Shown: in pieces, positions 30,848-39,930 of the stretch | How positions within the stretch are numbered: the first letter of the stretch is position 1 | Layout of the letters: the number at the start of each line of letters is the position of its first letter | Origin: a bacterium | GTDB lineage: Bacteria > UBP15 > UBA6099 > JAJRTR01 | Direction: 5' to 3' | Length of the DNA stretch: 54,223 nt | NCBI GenBank assembly: GCA_024278215.1 | Contig: JAJRTR010000026.1 | Span: 1-54,223 of the forward strand | The notes under the pieces: generated by a model | Seen by the model: only the letters and a program-made list of their open reading frames with translations | Databases searched by the model: none | Told to the model about the DNA's origin: nothing | Program-made: the position numbers and the translations under genes

Positions 30848-31858
30848 ATGAAAAACAACCTTCGATTCGGAATAATCTCTTGCGCAAGTATTCTCGAATA
30901 TGGTTTCATGCCCGCTGTCGAATTGACCGAAGGGGTCGAAGCGGTCGCAATTTCGTCGCGCGACATTAAAAAGGCGAAACGCGCCGCCTCGAAATATGGA
31001 ATCCGAAAAGCTTATGGCGATTATGAAAGTATTCTTCATGATCACAACATAGACTGCGTATACATTCCGCTTCCCAACTCGATGCACATCAAGTGGGCCC
31101 GCAGATCGCTTGAAGCCGGGAAACACGTGCTTTGCGAAAAACCTCTCGCATGGAACGCTGCGGAAGCGGAATCGCTAATCGAGCTGATATCGGGTTCGGG
31201 CCTGACATTCGCCGAGGCTTTTCAGTACAGGTATCACCCTTTGATGCACAGGGTCGAAGAGATCGTGCGCTCCGGACGCATAGGCAAGTTGCAGCGGGTG
31301 GAAGCTTCATACTGTGAGATTATCCCCGACAGGCGCGCTGTGCAGTTTCGACCGGAGATGGCCGGTGGTGCGCTTATGGACGTGGGAAGCTACTGTGTGA
31401 ATTTTTGCAGATTTATCGCCGGGTGCGATGATGCCGAAGTTGCGGCGGCGGAATCGGAAATCTCAGAAGGGGTGGACGGCTCCACATGCGCGGAACTGAG
31501 ATTCAGCAATGGTGTGCGGGCAGTTGTACACTGCTCGATACTTGCAACCACACCATGCTATGCCGTCATCGCCGGTTCTGAAGGCACAGTATTCATTCAC
31601 AACCCGTTCCCGGCCGCGCTGTATGAAAAAGGGCGGGTAGCCGACAAGTACCTCTGCATCGTCAGGACAGGTGATGTGATCGAAAATATTCGAGTGCCCT
31701 CAAAACTGACTTACGCATGCCAGATGGAAGCTTTCAGGGATGCAGTGCTTGCGGGTGAGCAACCATTGATAGATATAAACGAAGCAGTTGCGAATATGAG
31801 AATAATAGATGCGATACGAAAAAAAGCGGGTATCGAAGTTTCTCTGCCGGGATTGTGA
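30848..31858 (+). CDS. Gfo/Idh/MocA family oxidoreductase
   Basis: VYIPLPNSMH, GKHVLCEKP, GGALMDVGSY. Confidence 0.93.
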   Translation: MKNNLRFGIISCASILEYGFMPAVELTEGVEAVAISSRDIKKAKRAASKYGIRKAYGDYESILHDHNIDCVYIPLPNSMHIKWARRSLEAGKHVLCEKPLAWNAAEAESLIELISGSGLTFAEAFQYRYHPLMHRVEEIVRSGRIGKLQRVEASYCEIIPDRRAVQFRPEMAGGALMDVGSYCVNFCRFIAGCDDAEVAAAESEISEGVDGSTCAELRFSNGVRAVVHCSILATTPCYAVIAGSEGTVFIHNPFPAALYEKGRVADKYLCIVRTGDVIENIRVPSKLTYACQMEAFRDAVLAGEQPLIDINEAVANMRIIDAIRKKAGIEVSLPGL

Positions 31859-31916
31859 CATTCCGGGTCGGCGGAAGAAACTCAAAGCAATAGTATATTC
31901 TCGCTCAGTTCACCCG

Positions 31917-33104
31917 CTATTTCACAAATTCGCAGAGCAGTATGGCTATATCGTCGCTTATCGGCAAGTCGCCGGCATAGGACAGAACAGTGTTATAGAG
32001 GCTGTTCGGGACATTATCATTTTTATTCTTCATAAGATTTTTAAACTCTTCGATGAAACGATCTTCGCCGAACATCGTTCCTTCCGGCCCTTTTTGCTCG
32101 ACACATCCGTCGGTGAACAGAAGCAGCGCGTCGCCTGGAGCTATGGAAATCTTCTTTGACGTGTAGTTGTTTTTATCGCGGATACCGATAGGTACGTGGC
32201 CGTGGGGCAGATTCTGTATTTCGTGGCTTTCGCTTTTAAGCAATATGGGTTTGGGAAGTCCGAATTGCGTGTAATCCATTTCAAGAGTGTCGAGATTTAT
32301 GATGCCGTAGAAACCGGCGACGAAATAACCGGCAGGCATGAGAGGAATAAGCTGCTTGTTCATTTGTGTGATCACGGGTCCGGGTGTTGTGTGATGCGGA
32401 GTAACCTGATCGAGATTCATTTTTACTTCGATAGCGATCATGGCGGAAGTTATGCCGTGTCCCATGACATCTGCCATGAAGACACCCATATAATTGTCAC
32501 GCAGACGGATAACTTCGTAATAATCTCCCCCGATCGAATCCGCCTGCTCGTAAAAATGCGAGAAGCGGATGTGCGGCGTTTCAGGAAGACTGTTGACAAT
32601 GAGATTTTTCTGAAACTTGCTTGCCGACGCCATTTCCTGGCGAATGATCCTCATCGATTCCGTCAGTTGCTGCTGCACCAGCCGTATCTCCTGCGTCTTC
32701 TCCTTAACGCGCTGTTCCAGTATTCGGTCGCGAATTCGCACGAGGTCTTTGATCGAGACAATCCCCTGCAGCTTATCGCCATCCATGACCAGCAGATGCC
32801 GGAAGTTGCCTTCCATCATTTTTGCGTATGCCTCCTCGACGGAACTGTCCCTGCCGACATAGACGATATTTTTTGTCATCGCATCGCATATACACACCTT
32901 TTCCGCGCATTGTTTCTTTTTGACGACAAGCTTCAGCAAATCCCTCTCGGTGAAAATCCCGATCGGTTCGTCGTTTTCAACGACAACAAGAGACCCCGCT
33001 CCTCGTCCCTCCATGAGGTTTGCCGCTTCGACAGCAGTGGTTTCAGGAGGCGCGGTCAATATGTTTACCGCCATAACATTTTCAATGCTCAAATTGTGTG
33101 GCAT
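31917..33104 (-). CDS. CBS-pair + SpoIIE/PP2C-type phosphatase
   Basis: GIFTERD and GIVSIKD (CBS); GGDYY, ADVMGHG, FTDG, DDIAIL (PP2C). Confidence 0.92.
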   Translation of the reverse strand: MPHNLSIENVMAVNILTAPPETTAVEAANLMEGRGAGSLVVVENDEPIGIFTERDLLKLVVKKKQCAEKVCICDAMTKNIVYVGRDSSVEEAYAKMMEGNFRHLLVMDGDKLQGIVSIKDLVRIRDRILEQRVKEKTQEIRLVQQQLTESMRIIRQEMASASKFQKNLIVNSLPETPHIRFSHFYEQADSIGGDYYEVIRLRDNYMGVFMADVMGHGITSAMIAIEVKMNLDQVTPHHTTPGPVITQMNKQLIPLMPAGYFVAGFYGIINLDTLEMDYTQFGLPKPILLKSESHEIQNLPHGHVPIGIRDKNNYTSKKISIAPGDALLLFTDGCVEQKGPEGTMFGEDRFIEEFKNLMKNKNDNVPNSLYNTVLSYAGDLPISDDIAILLCEFVK

Positions 33105-33234
33105 TACTGTTTCCCTTTAAGCCAATTACTGTAATTGATGAAGGTTGCTATTGGCCCGCTTGAAATTTATTCGCGATACGAATACCCTATCATATACAAA
33201 ACCCAACTATTTTGTCTAATGGAAACGACTGCAA

Positions 33235-34002
33235 ATGCATAGAAATTTCGGCAGCAAAGGAAGCAAACAGACGAGAGAGCAGATCCGCGCGCAAATAGAG
33301 CTCGAATTTCCGGACGTACCGGCTGAGACAAAGGAGCGGATCGAGATATTGAGATACCTGATGCAGGATGAGGACGACCTGCAGAAGAAGGCGGCGATTG
33401 CCCTCGAACTGAGCGACCTCGAAAGCGGGCTCCGCTCGACAAAAACAAGGCTCGACATACATTTCGAAGGTCTCGTGTCACAAGCGCGCTCCGCATGGAA
33501 CGAAGCGCTCCAGAAAAGCAGCGAAAAAGTGCTGCACGAGATGGAACAGTCGCTCGCGAAACGCCTGCCCGGAGCGACGCGGGAAGAACTCAAGCAACTT
33601 GCAGTCTGCATGTTGAAAGTAAAGTCCGGCAAAGCGAAAAAGGAAGAGTTTTCAAAACTCGGCGACGAGATAAAAAACGCAATATCGGCAAGACTTAAGA
33701 AGCTCAGGGAGAAAAAAGAACGTGAAGAAAAACTTGCCGCCGTCGCTGCCGCCGCTGTTGACGACGAGGTGTCAAAAGAGAAAGTCGAAGAAATGATCTG
33801 TTTTCTCGAAGAATCCGGTACTACGAATATGCAGATAATCGAAAGAGTCGCCTCGGTTTTTAAAATCGACGAAAAAAACTTTGGTCACGAGAACTTGAAA
33901 AATGTTATAGATGTGCTTTCCGACCGGCTCGGCCGGGACGACGACTACAGGGAAATGGACAAAGCTGGTCTGATAGATTGCCTCAGGCTTCTGATCACGT
34001 GA
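33235..34002 (+). CDS. Hypothetical charged alpha-helical protein
   Basis: 255-aa E/K/L-rich ORF filling the gap between flanking genes; no recognised motif. Confidence 0.65.
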   Translation: MHRNFGSKGSKQTREQIRAQIELEFPDVPAETKERIEILRYLMQDEDDLQKKAAIALELSDLESGLRSTKTRLDIHFEGLVSQARSAWNEALQKSSEKVLHEMEQSLAKRLPGATREELKQLAVCMLKVKSGKAKKEEFSKLGDEIKNAISARLKKLREKKEREEKLAAVAAAAVDDEVSKEKVEEMICFLEESGTTNMQIIERVASVFKIDEKNFGHENLKNVIDVLSDRLGRDDDYREMDKAGLIDCLRLLIT

Positions 34003-34042
34003 GTGTTTACACGACAATACGCCAACTGGTGAAACACACGGG

Positions 34043-34996
34043 TTAAGGCCAGCGGACACCGTTGTAATCTTTTGCGCGGAAGGGGAGGTCGAGAACGGAC
34101 CTTCTGTCGTATTCCTTATCATAGATTGGCGGGAATGAGTCGAACAGAGTGCTGTAGAACATCCTGTAGTTTATGGTTTCGACGGCGCGAAGTTCGAGGT
34201 CTTCGATTGATTCGAGATACGCACGTTCTTTGTCGAAGGTGCAGGCGGCAATGGCTTCGTCGATAAGCGTTGCGTTCCACTCTGTTGGGGTAAAACTGTT
34301 GTCGGGAGCGCTGGTGTGCGGTATCGGATCGTTGCCGCCTTTCCAGAGTGAAGGCTCCGTCTGCAGATTGATAGAGAATGGATCGACAGGGCAGCCGTTG
34401 AGTATTACATTCATGTGGACATGCGGTGCTACCCAGGGGAAAAACAGAAGTATCTCGATGCCTGCGGCACCTGAGAGGGCAATTGTATCGCCGCGGTCGA
34501 CGATGTCGCCGACCGCCACCAGCGAACGTGCGAGATGGCCGTATGTGGTAATGAGTCCGTCGCCGTGATCGACAAATATTTTCAGGCCGCCGTGGTCGAG
34601 CTGGCTCAGGACATGTACAACTTTACCCGGTGCAGCGGTGACAACTCGCGTTCCCACGGGAACAGCGAAATCCGTGCCGATATGGCTGTCGTAAGTGAAT
34701 TGACCGCCTTTGAAGTCCCTGGCATACGTAACTTTCACCGAGTAGGGCTGGTTTGCCGGTGCGCAACGGCGGTTGTAAAGATTGTAAACAGGGACCTTAT
34801 GGTCTTTACGGTCGATGCCGAGCCATGTGGGGATGGAAATTCGCGGTTTAAAAATCTTAAATGAAGTGAGGTCGAAAATCGTGGGCGGCACACCGCCGTT
34901 GCCGAGTGTCGCCTTCAGCGCGTCTCTGAGCGCCGTGCCCGGTTCCGTTATTCCGAACATTTCGAAAAAAGAGATTCTATCTTTATCATTTGACAT
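34043..34996 (-). CDS. M23 family metallopeptidase
   Basis: HIGTDF (HxxxD), TTYGHL, PHVH (HxH); start at ATG 34996 with GAGG upstream. Confidence 0.88.
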   Translation of the reverse strand: MSNDKDRISFFEMFGITEPGTALRDALKATLGNGGVPPTIFDLTSFKIFKPRISIPTWLGIDRKDHKVPVYNLYNRRCAPANQPYSVKVTYARDFKGGQFTYDSHIGTDFAVPVGTRVVTAAPGKVVHVLSQLDHGGLKIFVDHGDGLITTYGHLARSLVAVGDIVDRGDTIALSGAAGIEILLFFPWVAPHVHMNVILNGCPVDPFSINLQTEPSLWKGGNDPIPHTSAPDNSFTPTEWNATLIDEAIAACTFDKERAYLESIEDLELRAVETINYRMFYSTLFDSFPPIYDKEYDRRSVLDLPFRAKDYNGVRWP

Positions 34997-35027
34997 TACA
35001 GCATCCTCGATTCGTTCTGCGAAGTTC

Positions 35028-36365
35028 TCAATAATACGGTGGCAAACGTTTTTTGATAAACTTGCGTGAAACGAATGTCGCATTATAGAAGTATATCCGT
35101 ATATTCAGGAACCAGTCCATCGGCGAGAAGAAACTTTTCAGAGTACGTTTGAACATGCGCCTGAAATTCAGCCAGGGAGAATAGAGCCTGAGATATGTAT
35201 CCCAGAACAGGTCTTCCATCTCTCCCGCGGGTATCGTGGGATGCCGCGCCACCTGCTGATAGGCGGTGTAGCGACGCCAGTCCTTGTGGAGCAGACGACC
35301 GCTCTTGTCGAGGTCGTCATAATGTTTTGTGCCGGGGTAGGGGGTCAGGATATAAGGATTCGCATAGATATTAGCGTCTGCAATGAATTTGTATGTGTCT
35401 TCGAAAGTCTGCCTGTCGTCGTCCTCGAAGCCGAATATCATATTAGCGGAAACAGCGATGCCCGCCTGCCTGAACGCGGTGAGTTTGTCTTTGTAGTCTT
35501 CAACTTTGTTGAATCCTTTATTCACTTTCCGCAGGGAAGTCGAGTTCAGGGTTTCGATGCCGATGAAGGCGCCGCGCATACCGGCACGGGCGGCGTGTTT
35601 GAGCAACTCGGGGTCGTCGGCCATTGTCAGCGCGCACTGGCTGACCCACCTGATATTAAGTGGGATGAGAGCTTCATAAAGTTCATAAGAATAACTCTTT
35701 TTCGCGGCGATATTATCGTCGATAAACATCACGAGCCGCGAACGGAGGTTCCGCACTGCGCGCCCAACTTCCTCGACGACTTCGCAGACCGGCCTGAAAC
35801 GGTATTTCCTGCCGTAGAACGCAGTGACCGTGCAATACCGGCAATTGTTCGGACACCCGCGTGACGTCTGGCACGGGATCGACCGGTAGTAATACTTTTT
35901 GTATGGAATCAGGTCATAGCGCGGACCGGGCAGGTTGGCAAGCGGGTGCGGAGTGTCCGCGCGGTATCGTTCTTTAAGGCAGCCGTTGCGGTAGTCTTCA
36001 ATAATCGTTTCCATCAGGTATTCCGCTTCGCCGATCACCACCGAGTCGCAGTGTCGGGCTGCCTCATCGGGCATGAATGTAGCATGAAAACCACCCATGA
36101 AAACAGTTTTTCCGTGTCGCCTGAACTCGTCTGCAAGTTCATAGCCGCGCACAGCATGCAGAGTGGAGATCGAGATGCCGACAAGGTCGCAATCCGCTGT
36201 CGGATCAACCGTCTGGATATATTCATTTTTTATTTCCACATCGATTCCAGCAGGCACAAGACCTGCAATATATGGAAGTGTGAGCGTCGGAAAAAAGGCT
36301 TTTTTCTGTTTGAAAGGTCTGCCGTCGTGGGTGTATTGCGTCGGCATTACAAGTAAAAGTTTCAT
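35028..36365 (-). CDS. Cobalamin-binding radical SAM protein
   Basis: GGFHATFMPDEA, VVIGEAE, TSRGCPNNCRYC, FIDDNI, LTPYPGT. Confidence 0.92.
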   Translation of the reverse strand: MKLLLVMPTQYTHDGRPFKQKKAFFPTLTLPYIAGLVPAGIDVEIKNEYIQTVDPTADCDLVGISISTLHAVRGYELADEFRRHGKTVFMGGFHATFMPDEAARHCDSVVIGEAEYLMETIIEDYRNGCLKERYRADTPHPLANLPGPRYDLIPYKKYYYRSIPCQTSRGCPNNCRYCTVTAFYGRKYRFRPVCEVVEEVGRAVRNLRSRLVMFIDDNIAAKKSYSYELYEALIPLNIRWVSQCALTMADDPELLKHAARAGMRGAFIGIETLNSTSLRKVNKGFNKVEDYKDKLTAFRQAGIAVSANMIFGFEDDDRQTFEDTYKFIADANIYANPYILTPYPGTKHYDDLDKSGRLLHKDWRRYTAYQQVARHPTIPAGEMEDLFWDTYLRLYSPWLNFRRMFKRTLKSFFSPMDWFLNIRIYFYNATFVSRKFIKKRLPPYY

Positions 36366-36569
36366 TTATTGACTCCCGGTGGAACTAACCCAAACTCAAT
36401 GAATTATATGGAGTGGCGACTGAAATTCAATGTATCAAGAAATTGAACTTGTGCGTTATTTCATAATTCTGGCGCGTTTTTATCCGGGTAACCGCTGAAA
36501 TTCGGTTTCGGCTGAAAACGCACAGGCCAGTAATGTATAATACCCCAACATGAACATGGGAGACCGGAA

Positions 36570-37889
36570 ATGAAATACAGGCAGGCGAATGAGTATCTGG
36601 ACAATTTCTCGAACTACGAGAAGAAGGCGCATCTGCTGAAGCCGCGGTTCAGTCTCGATGCGATAGGGAAACTGCTCGAAAAGCTGGGCAGTCCGGAAAA
36701 AAAGTATCCTTCGGTGCATGTGGCCGGTACCGTGGGCAAGGGTTCCGTGTGCCATATAGTAGAAAGCGTGCTGCGGGCGACCGGTTGCAAAACTGCGCTC
36801 TATTCGTCGCCGCACCTTGTGGATATCAGGGAAAGAATAGCGATATGCGGCAGAATAATAACGAAAAAGGATTTCACTGAATCTGTCGAAAAAATCAGGG
36901 TGATCGTTGGCAATGTTTTCGATGAGCTGACATATTTTGAAGTGCTTACGGCAATTGCGTTCGATTATTTTGCCGACCGCGATGTCGACATAGCAGTCGT
37001 GGAGGTGGGGCTTGGGGGCAGGCTCGACGCCACGAATATGGTGCCGCCGTTTGTGGGCGCGATAACGACGCTGGGATGGGACCACGTGGCTGTGCTGGGG
37101 CCGACACTTGCGGATATCGCGGGCGAAAAAGCGGGTATCGTCAAGCGTGGGGCGACTATTGTCTCGTCGCCGCAACACTGGCGCGCGCGAAAAGTTATCG
37201 AAGAAACCTGCCGCGACAAGCAGGCACGCTTTATTGCAGCCGTCCCCGGGAATACAGTGAAACACATTGGAACGGAGCAGGGAAGGGTGGTCTACGAGAT
37301 TCTTTCAGGCGCTGCGGAGGGACGATGTGTACTACTGCCGCTCGCCGGTGATTTTCAGTCGATAAATCTCGCTACGGCATTGGAAATCATAGGCGCGGTT
37401 TCCGACGATGACAGGTTCGATATATCGGCAGACGATATAGTTGCCGGAGTTGAAAATGTAGTCTTTCCCGGTCGTATGGAGTATGTGAAATTACCGTGCG
37501 CTCCGGTCGAGGCGATTATCGACGGCGCGCACAACGCTCCCGCGGCGGACGCGCTTGCCGGTTCGCTTGTCGCGAGATACGGAAAAGGCGCAAAAGTTGT
37601 TTTTGTCATAGGTATGCTGCTCGACAAAGATGCGGACACAGTGATGAAAAGACTTTGCAGGGCCGGAAGCGACGTGGTGATTACCGAACTCGACTTCGAC
37701 AGGGCGACGCCGGCGAGGGAACTTGCGAAAACAGCTAAAAAATATTTCGACAGGGTCCTGGTCGCTGAAGATATGGCGGGGGCGATCAAGAAAGCGGTTG
37801 GGCTATCCGGTGGTCATGACGCGATTTGCATTACCGGCTCGCTGTATGCAGTCGCCGAAGCAAAAAACGCGCTGGCAAACCGGAAATAA
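36570..37889 (+). CDS. folC: Folylpolyglutamate synthase / dihydrofolate synthase
   Basis: HVAGTVGKGS, SPHL, EVGLGGRLDATN, DGAHN, TGSLY. Confidence 0.95.
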   Translation: MKYRQANEYLDNFSNYEKKAHLLKPRFSLDAIGKLLEKLGSPEKKYPSVHVAGTVGKGSVCHIVESVLRATGCKTALYSSPHLVDIRERIAICGRIITKKDFTESVEKIRVIVGNVFDELTYFEVLTAIAFDYFADRDVDIAVVEVGLGGRLDATNMVPPFVGAITTLGWDHVAVLGPTLADIAGEKAGIVKRGATIVSSPQHWRARKVIEETCRDKQARFIAAVPGNTVKHIGTEQGRVVYEILSGAAEGRCVLLPLAGDFQSINLATALEIIGAVSDDDRFDISADDIVAGVENVVFPGRMEYVKLPCAPVEAIIDGAHNAPAADALAGSLVARYGKGAKVVFVIGMLLDKDADTVMKRLCRAGSDVVITELDFDRATPARELAKTAKKYFDRVLVAEDMAGAIKKAVGLSGGHDAICITGSLYAVAEAKNALANRK

Positions 37890-37978
37890 AACACTTGCGT
37901 TTCCTGTTCTTAATAGATGTATTATTGATTCACAGATTTTCGTGATGAATATCACAATAATAAATAATTAATAAACTA

Positions 37979-38007
37979 TTGACACTTATCACTATAAAGT
38001 GTAATAT
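37979..38007 (+). promoter_or_regulatory. Putative sigma70 promoter with overlapping inverted repeat
   Basis: TTGACA-N17-TAATAT; ACACTT-N9-AAGTGT overlaps it. Confidence 0.55.
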
Positions 38008-38012
38008 TACAC

Positions 38013-38090
38013 CTGACAGGTTTATTTTCTCTCTCTATGGTGTTGTAATGAGCCCTCGACTTCAACTCAAAAAGCAAGGGCTCTTTTTTT
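38013..38090 (+). ncRNA. Candidate small RNA (~75-80 nt)
   Basis: Lies between the promoter above and a terminator, with no ORF; contains a CU-rich stretch TTTTCTCTCTCT. No family recognised. Confidence 0.35.
38050..38090 (+). terminator. Intrinsic terminator
   Basis: GAGCCCT...AGGGCTC followed by T7. Confidence 0.7.
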
Positions 38091-38133
38091 CTGCACTGAA
38101 TTCCTTAAATATACAAATAACATAGTAAAATCA

Positions 38134-38901
38134 TCATATATTCATTGTTTTTCTACGATAATTCCAGTCGGGATTCGAGTATCTGTACGAGATGAATGTC
38201 GATGTGAGAGCAATAATATTTTCGTTCAAATTATAATCCGGTAATTCTTCGCCGGACCATCTGTGGAATCCTTTTTCAAGCGCGGCTTCAGCCTCATCAA
38301 ATCCTACATCTCTGTCGAGCAATTCATCTGCGGCAGTAATACGGTCCGCCGCGTGCGCGAGTTTTTTCCGCTCAAGTTTCGTTTCCGGTATTTTCAGGAG
38401 CGAGAACATTTTCTTTTTATCGGCACTCAGCAATATGGTGCCGTGCTGGAGCACGCTTCCCCTGCGTCGCACCTGTGCGTTGCCGCTGATTTTTTTGCCC
38501 TGCACGATGATGTCGTTTATGGGGGCGAACTCCGCTTCGAGTCCCAGGAGTTCAAGTGCAAATATAATAGCGCGGGTTGTGAAACGGAAAGAATCTGCGA
38601 TTCCGGCACCGATGAATTTTTCAGGGGCGATCAGGCTGTAGGTTATTTCGTTGTCGTGTATGACAGCGCCGCCGCCGGTCAATCTACGGATAATGTCGAT
38701 GCCGGACGCGCGGCATCGTGCGATGTCGATAACATCTTCTATTTTTTCGGAATAGCCGATAGTCACGGCGGGCGGGTTCCAGCCATAGAGGCGGACGATG
38801 GGCGGGCAGCCGCCCGCGATGTGAGTTTCGAGCAGCGCTTCGTCCAGTGCCATATTGTATGGGCCGGGATTGAGGCCTGTTTTTAATATGTGAAATTGCA
38901 T
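38134..38901 (-). CDS. Lipoate-protein ligase family protein (catalytic domain only)
   Basis: NMALDEAL, RRLTGGGAVIHD, NDI...KKISGNAQ, QHGTIL. Confidence 0.9.
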   Translation of the reverse strand: MQFHILKTGLNPGPYNMALDEALLETHIAGGCPPIVRLYGWNPPAVTIGYSEKIEDVIDIARCRASGIDIIRRLTGGGAVIHDNEITYSLIAPEKFIGAGIADSFRFTTRAIIFALELLGLEAEFAPINDIIVQGKKISGNAQVRRRGSVLQHGTILLSADKKKMFSLLKIPETKLERKKLAHAADRITAADELLDRDVGFDEAEAALEKGFHRWSGEELPDYNLNENIIALTSTFISYRYSNPDWNYRRKTMNI

Positions 38902-38942
38902 GTGCCCCTATTTCGACAAAGGTGATAATGTATTGCCGGTAA

Positions 38943-39004
38943 AAACTTTATGGTGGAAGCAGGAGCTTCCAGTTGTGGAGTTCCCGGGGGTGGACCCTGT
39001 GAAC
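38943..39004 (+). repeat. ~60-bp double-hairpin REP-like repeat, copy 2
   Basis: AAACTTTATGGTGGAAGCAGGAGCTTCCAGTT...GGGTGGACCCTGTGAAC; aligns with the reverse complement of 20063-20122. Confidence 0.65.
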
Positions 39005-39015
39005 GCCATTTAAGG

Positions 39016-39906
39016 TCAGATTTCCGAGCCGACTGCACAATCAGGTGATTTAAGCAAAGCGGCATCGGCACATTCTTCAGCCCTGTATGAACTTCGCACG
39101 AGGGGACCGCTCATTACGGTTGCGAAACCCATCTCGAGCGCTTCGGATTTGATCTGCTCGAATTCGTCGGGATGATAGTATTTCACGACAGGCGCCGCGT
39201 CGCGACGTGGTTGAAGATATTGGCCTACTGTAAGTATGTTGACACCGGCGTCGACGAGGTCGCGCATGGCGGTGGTTATTTCACTGCGTTTTTCGCCTAG
39301 TCCGACCATGATACCGGATTTCAGAAGTGTTGCCGGGTATTGTTTTCTGACAAACTTGAGCAGATTTAAAGACCTTTCGTAATTTCCCTGTGGTCTTAGT
39401 GCGGGAAAAAGGCGACGAACGGTTTCGATATTATGGCCGAGCACATCAGGTTGCGTCGCGGCGGCTGTATAGACGGCATTTTCGTCGCCGCCGAAGTCTG
39501 GAATGAGAAGTTCGATACGGACTCCTGCGATGCCGTCGCGCAGAGTGCGGACGCAGTCGGCGAACACGGACGCGCCGCCGTCGGGAAGGTCGTCGCGCGT
39601 TACGGAAGTGATTACAACATAGCGACAGCGCAGTTTTCGGACGGCATCAAGCAGATGGGTGGGTTCAAGTGGGTCCGGAATGGCGGGCGGGCCGTGTTTT
39701 ACACTGCAGTAGCGGCAGTTTCGTGTGCAGGTGTCGCCTATGATCAGGAAAGTGGCGGTTCCGGCGTCCCAGCATTCGCCGCGGTTGGGGCAACATGCTT
39801 CACGGCATATAGTGTGCAGGCCGCAACTGTCGAGAGCAGTGCGAACAATGCCCGCGGTTTTCGTGCCGGGAAGTTTCGACCTGATCCAGTCGGGATGTCT
39901 TCGCAT
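39016..39906 (-). CDS. lipA: Lipoyl synthase
   Basis: CREACCPNRGEC (Cx4Cx5C), CTRNCRYC, TSVTRDDL.DGG, RSSY. Confidence 0.97.
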   Translation of the reverse strand: MRRHPDWIRSKLPGTKTAGIVRTALDSCGLHTICREACCPNRGECWDAGTATFLIIGDTCTRNCRYCSVKHGPPAIPDPLEPTHLLDAVRKLRCRYVVITSVTRDDLPDGGASVFADCVRTLRDGIAGVRIELLIPDFGGDENAVYTAAATQPDVLGHNIETVRRLFPALRPQGNYERSLNLLKFVRKQYPATLLKSGIMVGLGEKRSEITTAMRDLVDAGVNILTVGQYLQPRRDAAPVVKYYHPDEFEQIKSEALEMGFATVMSGPLVRSSYRAEECADAALLKSPDCAVGSEI

Positions 39907-39930
39907 AATAATGAGTTCCGGTTTCTATGG

